Positions 13,600 through 28,200 of a stretch of 64,000 nt of DNA are shown here, piece after piece. Numbering within the stretch: the first letter of the stretch is position 1; the number at the start of each line of letters is the position of its first letter. The DNA comes from Eledone cirrhosa. Its lineage: Eukaryota. Below the pieces are notes generated by a model. That model searched no databases. It was not told the DNA's origin and saw only the letters and a list, made by a program, of their open reading frames with translations. Location: NCBI GenBank assembly GCA_964016885.1, contig OZ024741.1, positions 25,854,001 through 25,918,000 on the forward strand. The letters are read 5' to 3'. Made by a program: the position numbers and the translations under genes.

Positions 13600-13950
13600 G
13601 GGCCACGGGGGCAGAGTCCTCAAATATTCCTTCCAGTGAGTCATGCCAGAATCAACCATCTCCGACTGATCTGACTGGATCCCCAAAAGAGATCAGCCAA
13701 GCTAATGGATGTTATCTAACGATCTTGCTCAGGGTCTACCCCTTGATCTCCTGCCTGTAAGATCTGTCCAGCAATTCTTTCCTGAGACATTCTAACAACA
13801 TGTCTATAGTATCGGAGCTGTGATCTCTCAATTCAGAGAAGTAGTGACTCTACTTGGAGTGACTCTCTGATCTCTGAGCTATGCTTTCTATCAAGTAACA
13901 TTACTCTAAAGACCCATTTCAGCCACTTTATTCATGATCATATTCTTTCG
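13600..13950 (-). mobile_element. Degenerate RTE LINE 3' fragment
   Basis: Homologous to 44900-45387 and 63035-63435 (shared CCTGAGACATTCTAAC..ATGTC.ATAGTATC.GAGCTGTGATCTC). Confidence 0.65.
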
Positions 13951-13981
13951 TATTCTTCATTAATTAATTAAAACTAAAGCA

Positions 13982-14192
13982 ACCAGTCCACACTGTAAAA
14001 TGGTTGTGTAGGGGTTACGGCAAAAAGCACCTAGCACACACTGTAAATGTGGTTGGCGTAGGAAGGGCAGCTGTAGAAACCAAGCCAGAATCAGTTCTGT
14101 GTGAGTGAATCACAGTCCCCCAACCTGATCTCTCACAAAGGGACAGCCCATCCTACCCATGCTAACATCGAAGATGGACGTTAAACGATGAA
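13982..14192 (+). mobile_element. RTE-tail/SINE 3' fragment
   Basis: CCAGTCCACACTGTAAA..GTGGTTGGCGTAGGAAGGGCA..GATGGACGTTAAACGATG, the same tail as 12650-12817. Confidence 0.65.
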
Positions 14193-14574
14193 CAAACGAG
14201 CGAAAGTTTATTTCATTAGAAATGCAGTCATGAAAGGGTTAAGAAGCATTGAGAAAATTTGAAATTTAAATGTGCATGTCCCAATGTAGATAACTATAAT
14301 AGTCAATATTTGAGAAAATCAAGTAAAATACTCCTGGAGATGGACATAGGCAGACCTACAAGATGTGGCAGTTTCTTTACAGACTGTTTGAGTTTTGTTT
14401 TGTTTTTGTTTTTCATTTCCAGGTATACTTTAACAGATGTTCTCAACTATTATTAGAGTCATTTACTTTGGAACACATCTCAAATATTAAAAAGAAGTCA
14501 CTTTGTCTTGTAGCTTGACCCTGACATCTGTTGTTCTCGCATTCAAAACTGGAGAAATAATAGTTTTATACTCT

Positions 14575-15420
14575 ACACATCCACACACCCACACATCCTC
14601 AGATCCACTCCCACATCCTCAGATCCACCCCACACATCCTCAGAGCCACCCCCTACCCCACCCCACAGTCCTCAGATCCCTCCCACACACACACACACAT
14701 CCTCAGATCCACCTCACTCCCCACACACACACACATCCTCAGATTCCCCCCCCCACACACACACACATCCTCAGATTCCCCTCCCCCCACACACACACAT
14801 CCTCAGATCTACCCCACCCCCATACACACAGTCCTCAGACCCCTCCCCCCACATTCTCAGATCCCCCCATACACACACAATGCTTATACCCCCCCCCACA
14901 TTAACAAAGGAATGAAAAACCTTATTTCTTACACTAAAACTCATATCAAACTAATGGCTATAATCAAATCATTCTTATTGATACCCCCTCCCCTCATCTC
15001 TCACTCTCTTGCACACTATCTTTCTCACACTCTCTTTCTCACACTCTCTCACACTCTCTCTCACTCTCACACACTCACTCTCTCACACTCTCTCTCACTC
15101 TCACACACTCTCTCTCACTCTCTCACACTCACTCTCACACACTCTCTCTCTCACACTCTTTCTCTCTCACACTCTTTCTCTCACACACTCTTTCTCTCAC
15201 ACACTCTCTCTCTCACACACTCTCTCTCTCACACACTCTCTCTCTCACACACTCTCTCACACACTCTCTCTCTCACACATTCTCTCACCCACTCTCTCAC
15301 CCACTCTCACTCTCTCACACACACACACTCTCTCTCTCTCTCTCAATCTCTTGCACTCTCTCACCCACTCTCACCCACTCTCACTCTCTTGCACTAATTC
15401 ACCTCTCTCCCTCTCTCAGA
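14575..15420. repeat. CACATCCTCAGATCC minisatellite (14575-14900) and (CT/CA)n tract (15000-15420)
   Basis: Directly visible. Confidence 0.85.
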
Positions 15421-15737
15421 CAGTTCCTGCTGGTTCTTCTCTCTCCTTTGTCTTCCACTAAACAATCTAATTGTTATTGTTGTTTAACTCTGAAGTCATC
15501 TTTAATGGAACAATAATAGATTTATAGTCTGGCTCTTCCCATGTCCAGCTGCCACCCCCTCCAACTTCTTTTATTTCTTCCAGTGTTTCTAGAAAAAATA
15601 ATATCCAATATGTCCTGCTGTCTTTAAAACAGTTGATAATGGTTTGAGGGAGATTTCTCTGCTATTTCTAACATGTTGGGCAACCACATAGAAATTCTGT
15701 TTGGGATGATGATAAATCAATGGACATGTGTGATATA

Positions 15738-15954
15738 TGAGGGGCTGCTGATAAGTTCCTGGCTTCATCACTGCTACAGAGGCCTGACTGGAGACCCAAC
15801 CTTCCAAGTTCTCTTTACAGGGCTTAGAAAAACTGAAGGACAGTTGCAATAAGTGTGTGAATCTGAGAGGGAGATATGTTGAATAAAATTATAATTAACT
15901 GATCCTCCTGTATTTTATTTTACCCAAAGTCAGGAACTTTTCAGCACCTCCTTG
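15738..15954 (+). mobile_element. Internally deleted mariner-type element (MITE)
   Basis: Imperfect TIRs GAGGGGCTGCTGATAAGTTCCTGGCTT / AAGTCAGGAACTTTTCAGCACCTCCTTG with flanking TA. The internal remnant GLEKLKDSCNKCVNLRGRYVE* resembles the mariner transposase C-terminus. Confidence 0.75.
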
Positions 15955-15959
15955 TAATG

Positions 15960-16155
15960 TGTAATAATTGTTTCTACTTTTTGACACAAGGCCAGCAATT
16001 AACCAGTGCATTACTGGTACTTTATTTTATCGACCCTGTAAAGATGAAAGGCAAAGTTAACCTCGGCGGGATTTGAACTCAGAAGGACAAGGGTCATAAC
16101 TCTGTACATCAAAGCATGGTGTCCGACCTTCTACCGATACTGCCAATTCACCGCC
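15960..16155 (-). mobile_element. tRNA-derived Nin-like SINE
   Basis: Reverse complement of the 2541-2740 family, near full length. Confidence 0.75.
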
Positions 16156-16287
16156 ATTGTAATGTGTAGTAATAATAATGAAAATTGTGTACAGTGCTCA
16201 CGTGCACTACAATTGCTCAGGTTGGAAGAAAAGAGGCTCATCTTATAAGCTATATTAATTTTCTAGTTTCATATATTAAATATACTA

Positions 16288-19200
16288 GAGGACCAATACT
16301 GTCTATAATGACAACAATAGTATTGAATATATATAATTTCTGGAGTCCAGTATTGGTATGTTCTATATACCAAGACTGGTGGACCAATACTGTCTATAAT
16401 GACAACAATAGTATTGAATATATATAATCTCTGGAGTCCAGTATTGGTATGTTTTATATACCAGGACTGGTGGACCAATACTGTCTATAATAACAACAAT
16501 AGTATTGAATATATATAATTTCTGGAGTCCAGTATTGGTATGTTTTATATACCAAGACTGGTGGACCAATACTGTCTATAATAACAACAATAGTATTGAA
16601 TATATATAATTTCTGGAGTCCAGTATTGGTATGTTTTATATACCAAGACTGGTGGAACAATACTGTCTATAATGACAACAATAGTATTGAATATATACAA
16701 TTTCTGGAGTCCAGTATTGGTATGTTTTATATACCAGGACTGGTGGACCAATACTGTCTATAATGACAACAATAGTATTGAATATATATAATTTCTGGAG
16801 TCCAGTATTGGTATGTTCTATATACCAGGACTGGTGGACCAATACTGTCTATAATGACAACAATAGTATTGAATATATATAATCTCTGGAGTCCAGTATT
16901 GGTATGTTTTATATACCAGGACTGGTGGACCAATACTGTCTATAATAACAACAATAGTATTGAATATATATAATTTCTGGAGTCCAGTATTGGTATGTTT
17001 TATATACCAAGACTGGTGGAACAATACTGTCTATAATGACAACAATAGTATTGAATATATACAATTTCTGGAGTCCAGTATTGGTATGTTTTATATACCA
17101 AGACTGGTGGACCAATACTGTCTATAATAACAACAGTAGTATTGAATATATATAATTTCTGGAGTCCAGTATTGGTATGTTTTATATACCAAGACTGGTG
17201 GACCAATACTGTCTATAATAACAACAATAGTATTGAATATATATAATTTCTGGAGTCCAGTATTGGTATGTTTTATATACCAAGACTGGTGGAACAATAC
17301 TGTCTATAATGACAACAATAGTATTGAATATATACAATTTCTGGAGACCAGTATTGGTATGTTTTATATACCAAGACTGGTGGACCAATACTGTCTATAA
17401 TGACAACAATAGTATTGAATATATATAATTTCTGGAGTCCAGTATTGGTATGTTCTATATACCAGGACTGGTGGACCAATACTATCTATAATGACAACAA
17501 TAGTATTGAATATATATAATTTCTGGAGTCCAGTATTGGTATGTTCTATATACCAGGACTGGTGGACCAATACTGTCTATAATGACAACAATAGTATTGA
17601 ATATATATAATTTCTGGAGTCCAGTATTGGTATGTTCTATATACCAGGACTGGTGGACCAATACTATCTATAATGACAACAATAGTATTGAATATATATA
17701 ATTTCTGGAGTCCAGTATTGGTATGTTCTATATACCAGGACTGGTGGACCAATACTATCTATAATGACAACAATAGTATTGAATATATATAATTTCTGGA
17801 GTCCAGTATTGGTATGTTCTATATACCAGGACTGGTGGACCAATACTATCTATAATGACAACAATAGTATTGAATATATATAATTTCTGGAGTCCAGTAT
17901 TGGTATGTTCTATATACCAGGACTGGTGGACCAATACTATCTATAATGACAACAATAGTATTGAATATATATAATTTCTGGAGTCCAGTATTGGTATGTT
18001 CTATATACCAGGACTGGTGGACCAATACTATCTATAATGACAACAATAGTATTGAATATATATAATTTCTGGAGTCCAGTATTGGTATGTTCTATATACC
18101 AGGACTGGTGGACCAATACTATCTATAATGACAACAATAGTATTGAATATATATAATTTCTGGAGTCCAGTATTGGTATGTTCTATATACCAGGACTGGT
18201 GGACCAATACTATCTATAATGACAACAATAGTATTGAATATATATAATTTCTGGAGTCCAGTATTGGTATGTTCTATATACCAGGACTGGTGGACCAATA
18301 CTATCTATAATGACAACAATAGTATTGAATATATATAATTTCTGGAGTCCAGTATTGGTATGTTCTATATACCAGGACTGGTGGACCAATACTATCTATA
18401 ATGACAACAATAGTATTGAATATATATAATTTCTGGAGTCCAGTATTGGTATGTTCTATATACCAGGACTGGTGGACCAATACTATCTATAATGACAACA
18501 ATAGTATTGAATATATATAATTTCTGGAGTCCAGTATTGGTATGTTCTATATACCAAGACTGGTGGACCAATACTGTCTATAATGACAACAATAGTATTG
18601 AATATATACAATTTCTGGAGTTCAGTATTGGTATGTTTTATATACCAGGACTGGTGGACCAATACTGTCTATAATGACAACAATAGTATTGAATATATAC
18701 AATTTCTGGAGTTCAGTATTGGTATGTTTTATATACCAGGACTGGTGGACCAATACTGTCTATAATGACAACAATAGTATTGAATATATACAATTTCTGG
18801 AGTCCAGGATTGGTATATTCTATATACCAAGACTGGTGGACCAATACTGTCTATAATGACAACAATAGTATTGAATATATATAATTTCTGGAGTCCAGGA
18901 TTGGTATGTTCTATATACCAAGACTGGTGGACCAATACTGTCTATAATGACAACAATAGTATTGAATATATACAATTTCTGGAGTCCAGTATTGGTATGT
19001 TCTATATACCATGACTGGTGGACCAATACTGTCTATAATGACAACAATAGTATTGAATATATACAATTTCTGGAGTCCAGTATTGGTATGTTTTATATAC
19101 CAGGAATGGTGGACCAATACTGTCTATAATGACAACAATAGTATTGAATATATACAATTTCTGGAGTCCAAGATTGGTATTTTCTATATACCAGGACTGG

Positions 19201-22200
19201 TGGACTAATACTGTCTATAATGACAACAATAATATTGAATATATACAATTTCTGGAGTCCAGTATTGGTATGTTCTATAGAGCAGGACTGGAGGACCAAT
19301 ACTGTCTATAATGACAACAATAGTATTGAATATATATAATTTCTGGAGTCCAGTATTGGTATGTTCTATATACCAAGACTGGTGGACCAATACTGTCTAT
19401 AATGACAACAATAGTATTGAATATATACAATTTCTGGAGTCCAGGATTGGTATTTTCTATATACTAGGACTGGTGGACCAATACTGTCTATAATGACAAA
19501 AATAATATTGAATATATACAATTTCTGGAGTCCAGTATTGGTATGTTCTATATACCAGGACTGGTGGACCAATACTGTTTATAATGACAACAATAGTATT
19601 GAATATATACAATTTCTGGAGTCCAGGATTGGTATGTTCTATATACCAGGACTGGTGGACCAATACTGTCTATAATGACAACAATAGTATTGAATATATA
19701 CAATTTCTGGAGTCCAGTATTGGTATGTTCTATATACCAGGACTGGTGGACCAATACTGTCTATAATGACAACAATAGTATTGAATATATACAATTTCTG
19801 GAGTCCAGGATTGGTATGTTCTATATACCAGGACTGGTGGACCAATACTGTCTATAATGACAACAATAGTATTGAATATATACAATTTCTGAAGTCCAGT
19901 ATTGGTATGTTCTATATACCAGGACTGGTGGACCAATACTGTCTATAATGACAACAATAGTATTGAATATATATAATTTCTGGAGTCCAGTATTGGTATG
20001 TTCTATATACCAGGACTGGAGGACCAATACTGTCTATAATGACAACAATAGTATTGAATAAATACAATTTCTGGAGTCCAGTATTGGTATGTTCTATATA
20101 CCAGGACTGGTGGACCAATACTGTCTATAATAACAACAATAGTATTGAATATATACAGTACAATTTCTGGAGTCCAGTATTGGTATGTTCTATATACCAG
20201 GACTGGTGGACCAATACTGTCTATAATGACAACAATAATATTGAATATATACAATTTCTGGAGTCCAGTATTGGTATGTTCTATATACCAGGACTCGTGG
20301 ACCAATACTGTCTATAATGACAACAATAGTATTGAATATATATAATTTCTGGAGTCCAGTATTGGTATGTTCTATATACCAGGACTGGTGGACCAATACT
20401 GTCTATAATGACAACAATAGTATTGAATATATATAATTTCTGGAGTCCAGTATTGGTATGTTCTATATACCAGGACTGGTGGACCAATACTGTCTATAAT
20501 GACAACAATAGTATTGAATATATATAATTTCTGGAGTCCAGTATTGGTATGTTCTATATACCATGAATGGTGGACCAATACTGTCTATAATGACAACAAT
20601 AGTATTGAATATATACAGTACAATTTCTGGAGTCCAGCATTGGTATGTTCTATATACCAGGACTGGTGGACCAATACTGTCTATAATGACAACAATAGTA
20701 TTGAATAAATACAATTTCTGGAGTCCAGTATTGGTATGTTCTATATACCAGGACTGGTGGACCAATACTGTCTATAATGACAACAATAGTATTGAATATA
20801 TACAGTACAATTTCTGGAGTCCAGTATTGGTATGTTCTATATACCAGGACTGGTGGACCAATACTGTCTATAATGACAACAATAGTATTGAATATATATA
20901 ATTTCTGGAGTCCAGTATTGGTATGTTCTATATACCAGCACTGGTGGACCAATACTGTCTATAATGACAACAATAGTATTGAATATATACAATTTCTGGA
21001 GTCCTGTATTGGTATGTTCTATATACCAGGACTGGTGGACCAATACTGTCTATAATGACAACAATAGTATTGAATATATACAGTACAATTTCTGGAGTCC
21101 AGTATTGGTATGTTCTATATACCAGGACTGGTGGACCAATACTGTCTATAATGACAACAATAATATTGAATATATACAATTTCTGGAGTCCAGTATTGGT
21201 ATGTTCTATATACCAGGACTCGTGGACCAATACTGTCTATAATGACAACAATAGTATTGAATATATATAATTTCTGGAGTCCAGTATTGGTATGTTCTAT
21301 ATACCAGGACTGGTGGACCAATACTGTCTATAATGACAACAATAGTATTGAATATATATAATTTCTGGAGTCCAGCATTGGTATGTTCTATATACCAGGA
21401 CTGGTGGACCAATACTGTCTATAATGACGACAATAGTATTGAATATATACAATTTCTGGAGTCCAGGATTGGTATTTTCTATATACCAGGACTGGTGGAC
21501 TAATACTGTCTATAATGACAACAATAATATTGAATATATACAATTTCTGGAGTCCAGTATTGGTATGTTCTATAGAGCAGGACTGGAGGACCAATACTGT
21601 CTATAATGACAACAATAGTATTGAATATATATAATTTCTGGAGTCCAGTATTGGTATGTTCTCTATACCAGGACTGGTGGACCAATACTGTCTATAATGA
21701 CAACAATAGTATTGAATATATATAATTTCTGGAGTCCAGTATTGGTATGTTCTATATACCAGGACTGGTGGACCAATACTGTCTATAATGACAACAATAG
21801 TATTGAATATATACAATTTCTGGAGTCCAGTATTGGTATGTTCTCTATACCAGGACTGGTGGACCAATACTGTCTATAATGACAACAATAGTATTGAATA
21901 TATATAATTTCTGGAGTCCAGTATTGGTATGTTCTATATACCAGGACTGGTGGACCAATACTGTCTATAATGACAACAATAGTATTGAATATATATAATT
22001 TCTGGAGTCAAGTGTTGGTATGTTTTATATACCAGGACTGGTGGACCAATACTGTCTATAATGACAACAATAGTATTGAATATATATAATTTCTGGAGTC
22101 CAGTATTGGTATGTTCTATATACCATGAATGGTGGACCAATACTGTCTATAATGACAACAATAGTATTGAATATATACAGTACAATTTCTGGAGTCCAGC

Positions 22201-25200
22201 ATTGGTATGTTCTATATACCAGGACTGGTGGACCAATACTGTCTATAATGACAACAATAGTATTGAATATATATAATTTCTGGTGTCCAGTATTGGTATG
22301 TTCTATATACCAGGACTGGTGGACCAATACTGTCTATAATGACAACAATAGTATTGAATATATACAGTACAATTTCTGGAGTCCAGCATTGGTATGTTCT
22401 ATATAGCAGGACTGGTGGACCAATACTGTCTATAATGACAACAATAGTATTGAATATATATAATTTCTGGAGTCCAGTATTGGTATGTTCTATATACCAG
22501 GACTGGTGGACCAATACTGTCTATAATGACAACAATAGTATTGAATATATACAGTACAATTTCTGGAGTCAAGTGTTGGTATGTTTTATATACCAGGACT
22601 GGTGGACCAATACTGTCTATAATGACAACAATAGTATTGAATATATATAATTTCTGGAGTCCAGTATTGGTATGTTCTATATACCAGGACTGGTGGACCA
22701 ATACTGTCTATAATGACAACAATAGTATTGAATATATACAGTACAATTTCTGGAGTCCAGCATTGGTATGTTCTATATACCAGGACTGGTGGACCAATAC
22801 TGTCTATAATGACAACAATAGTATTGAATATATACAGTACAATTTCTGTAGTCCAGTATTGGTATATTTTATATACCAGGAATGGTGGACCAATACTGTC
22901 TATAATGACAACAATAGTATTGAATATATATAATTTCTGGAGTCCAGTATTGGTATGTTCTATATACCAGGACTGGTGGACCAATACTGTCTATAATGAC
23001 AACAATAGTATTGAATATATATAATTTCTGGAGTCCAGTATTGGTGTGTTCTATATACCAGGACTGGTGGACCAATACTGTCTATAATGACAACAATAGT
23101 ATTGAATATATATAATTTCTGGAATCCAGTATTGGTACGTTCTATATACCAGGACTGGTGGACCAATACTGTCTATAATGACAACAATAGTATTGAATAT
23201 ATATAATTTCTGGATCAAGTATTGGTATGTTCTATATACCAAGACTGGTGGACCAATACTGTCTATAATGACAACAATAGTATTGAATATATATAATTTC
23301 TGGAGTCCAGTATTGGTATGTTCTATATACCAGGACTGGTGGACCAATTCTGTCTATAATGACAACAATAGTATTGAATAAATACAATTTCTGGAGTCCA
23401 GTATTGGTATGTTCTATATACCAGGACTGGTGGACCAATACTGTCTATAATGACAACAATAGTATTGAATATATATAATTTCTGGAGTCAAGTGTTGGTA
23501 TGTTTTATATACCAGGACTGGTGGACCAATACTGTCTATAATGACAACAATAGTATTGAATATATATAATTTCTGGAGTCCAGTATTGGTATGTTCTATA
23601 TACCATGAATGGTGGACCAATACTGTCTATAATGACAACAATAGTATTGAATATATACAGTACAATTTCTGGAGTCCAGCATTGGTATGTTCTATATACC
23701 AGGACTGGTGGACCAATATTGTCTATAATGACAACAATAGTATTGAATATATATAATTTCTGGTGTCCAGTATTGGTATGTTCTATATACCAGGACTGGT
23801 GGACCAATACTGTCTATAATGACAACAATAGTATTGAATATATACAGTACAATTTCTGGAGTCCAGCATTGGTATGTTCTATATAGCAGGACTGGTGGAC
23901 CAATACTGTCTATAATGACAACAATAGTATTGAATATATATAATTTCTGGAGTCCAGTATTGGTATGTTCTATATACCAGGACTGGTGGACCAATACTGT
24001 CTATAATGACAACAATAGTATTGAATATATACAGTACAATTTCTGGAGTCAAGTGTTGGTATGTTTTATATACCAGGACTGGTGGACCAATACTGTCTAT
24101 AATGACAACAATAGTATTGAATATATATAATTTCTGGAGTCCAGTATTGGTATGTTCTATATACCAGGACTGGTGGACCAATACTGTCTATAATGACAAC
24201 AATAGTATTGAATATATACAGTACAATTTCTGGAGTCCAGCATTGGTATGTTCTATATACCAGGACTGGTGGACCAATACTGTCTATAATGACAACAATA
24301 GTATTGAATATATATAATTTCTGGAGTCAAGTGTTGGTATGTTTTATATACCAGGACTGGTGGACCAATACTGTCTATAATGACAACAATAGTATTGAAT
24401 ATATATAATTTCTGGAGTCCAGTATTGGTATGTTCTATATACCATGAATGGTGGACCAATACTGTCTATAATGACAACAATAGTATTGAATATATACAGT
24501 ACAATTTCTGGAGTCCAGCATTGGTATGTTCTATATACCAGGACTGGTGGACCAATACTGTCTATAATGACAACAATAGTATTGAATATATATAATTTCT
24601 GGTGTCCAGTATTGGTATGTTCTATATACCAGGACTGGTGGACCAATACTGTCTATAATGACAACAATAGTATTGAATATATACAGTACAATTTCTGGAG
24701 TCCAGCATTGGTATGTTCTATATAGCAGGACTGGTGGACCAATACTGTCTATAATGACAACAATAGTATTGAATATATATAATTTCTGGAGTCCAGTATT
24801 GGTATGTTCTATATACCAGGACTGGTGGACCAATACTGTCTATAATGACAACAATAGTATTGAATATATACAGTACAATTTCTGGAGTCAAGTGTTGGTA
24901 TGTTTTATATACCAGGACTGGTGGACCAATACTGTCTATAATGACAACAATAGTATTGAATATATATAATTTCTGGAGTCCAGTATTGGTATGTTCTATA
25001 TACCAGGACTGGTGGACCAATACTGTCTATAATGACAACAATAGTATTGAATATATATAATTTCTGGAGTCCAGTATTGGTGTGTTCTATATACCAGGAC
25101 TGGTGGACCAATACTGTCTATAATGACAACAATAGTATTGAATATATATAATTTCTGGAATCCAGTATTGGTACGTTCTATATACCAGGACTGGTGGACC

Positions 25201-28200
25201 AATACTGTCTATAATGACAACAATAGTATTGAATATATATAATTTCTGGATCAAGTATTGGTATGTTCTATATACCAAGACTGGTGGACCAATACTGTCT
25301 ATAATGACAACAATAGTATTGAATATATATAATTTCTGGAGTCCAGTATTGGTATGTTCTATATACCAGGACTGGTGGACCAATTCTGTCTATAATGACA
25401 ACAATAGTATTGAATAAATACAATTTCTGGAGTCCAGTATTGGTATGTTCTATATACCAGGACTGGTGGACCAATACTGTCTATAATGACAACAATAGTA
25501 TTGAATATATATAATTTCTGGAGTCAAGTGTTGGTATGTTTTATATACCAGGACTGGTGGACCAATACTGTCTATAATGACAACAATAGTATTGAATATA
25601 TATAATTTCTGGAGTCCAGTATTGGTATGTTCTATATACCATGAATGGTGGACCAATACTGTCTATAATGACAACAATAGTATTGAATATATACAGTACA
25701 ATTTCTGGAGTCAAGTGTTGGTATGTTTTATATACCAGGACTGGTGGACCAATACTGTCTATAATGACAACAATAGTATTGAATATATATAATTTCTGGA
25801 GTCCAGTATTGGTATGTTCTATATACCAGGACTGGTGGACCAATACTGTCTATAATGACAACAATAGTATTGAATATATACAGTACAATTTCTGGAGTCC
25901 AGCATTGGTATGTTCTATATACCAGGACTGGTGGACCAATACTGTCTATAATGACAACAATAGTATTGAATATATACAGTACAATTTCTGTAGTCCAGTA
26001 TTGGTATATTTTATATACCAGGAATGGTGGACCAATACTGTCTATAATGACAACAATAGTATTGAATATATATAATTTCTGGAGTCCAGTATTGGTATGT
26101 TCTATATACCAGGACTGGTGGACCAATACTGTCTATAATGACAACAATAGTATTGAATATATATAATTTCTGGAGTCCAGTATTGGTGTGTTCTATATAC
26201 CAGGACTGGTGGACCAATACTGTCTATAATGACAACAATAGTATTGAATATATATAATTTCTGGTGTCCAGTATTGGTATGTTCTATATACCAGGACTGG
26301 TGGACCAATACTGTCTATAATGACAACAATAATATTGAATATATACAGTACAATTTCTGGAGTCCAGCATTGGTATGTTCTATATAGCAGGACTGGTGGA
26401 CCAATACTGTCTATAATGACAACAATAGTATTGAATATATATAATTTCTGGAGTCCAGTATTGGTATGTTCTATATACCAGGACTGGTGGACCAATACTG
26501 TCTATAATGACAACAATAGTATTGAATATATACAGTACAATTTCTGGAGTCAAGTGTTGGTATGTTTTATATACCAGGACTGGTGGACCAATACTGTCTA
26601 TAATGACAACAATAGTATTGAATATATACAGTACAATTTCTGGAGTCCAGTATTGGTATGTTCTATATACCAGGACTGGTGGACCAATACTGTCTATAAT
26701 GACAACAATAGTATTGAATATATACAGTACAATTTCTGGAGTCCAGCATTGGTATGTTCTATATACCAGGACTGGTGGACCAATACTGTCTATAATGACA
26801 ACAATAGTATTGAATATATACAGTACAATTTCTGTAGTCCAGTATTGGTATATTTTATATACCAGGAATGGTGGACCAATACTGTCTATAATGACAACAA
26901 TAGTATTGAATATATATAATTTCTGGAGTCCAGTATTGGTATGTTCTATATACCAGGACTGGTGGACCAATACTGTCTATAATGACAACAATAGTATTGA
27001 ATATATATAATTTCTGGAGTCCAGTATTGGTGTGTTCTATATACCAGGACTGATGGACCAATACTGTCTATAATGACAACAATAGTATTGAATATATATA
27101 ATTTCTGGTGTCCAGTATTGGTATGTTCTATATACCAGGACTGGTGGACCAATACTGTCTATAATGACAACAATAGTATTGAATATATACAGTACAATTT
27201 CTGGAGTCCAGCATTGGTATGTTCTATATACCAAGACTGGTGGACCAATACTGTCTATAATGACAACAATAGTATTGAATATATATAATTTCTGGAGTCC
27301 AGTATTGGTATGTTCTATATACCAGGACTGGTGGACCAATTCTGTCTATAATGACAACAATAGCATTGAATAAATACAATTTCTGGAGTCCAGTATTGGT
27401 ATGTTCTATATACCAGGACTGGTGGACCAATACTGTCTATAATGACAACAATAGTATTGAATATATATAATTTCTGGAGTCCAGTATTGGTATGTTCTAT
27501 ATACCAGGACTGGTGGACCAATACTGTCTATAATGACAACAATAGTATTGAATATATATAATCTCTGGAGTCCAGTATTGGTATGTTCTATATACCAGGA
27601 CTGGTGGACCAATACTGTCTATAATGACAACAATAGTATTGAATATATACAATTTCTGGAGTCCAGTATTGGTATGTTCTATATACCAGGACTGGTGGAC
27701 CAATACTGTCTATAATGACAACAATAGTATTGAATATATACAATTTCTGGAGTCCAGTATTGGTATGTTCTATATACCAGGACTGGTGGACCAATACTGT
27801 CTATAATGACAACAATAGTATTGAATATATATAATTTCTGGAGTCCAGTATTGGTATGTTCTATATACCAGGACTGGTGGACCAATACTGTCTATAATGA
27901 CAACAATAGTATTGAATATATACAGTACAATTTCTGTAGTCCAGTATTGGTATATTTTATATACCAGGAATGGTGGACCAATACTGTCTATAATGACAAC
28001 AATAGTATTGAATATATATAATTTCTGGAGTCCAGTATTGGTATGTTCTATATACCAGGACTGGTGGACCAATACTGTCTATAATGACAACAATAGTATT
28101 GAATATATATAATTTCTGGAGTCCAGTATTGGTATGTTCTATATACCAGGACTGGTGGACCAATACTGTCTATAATGACAACAATAGTATTGAATATATA

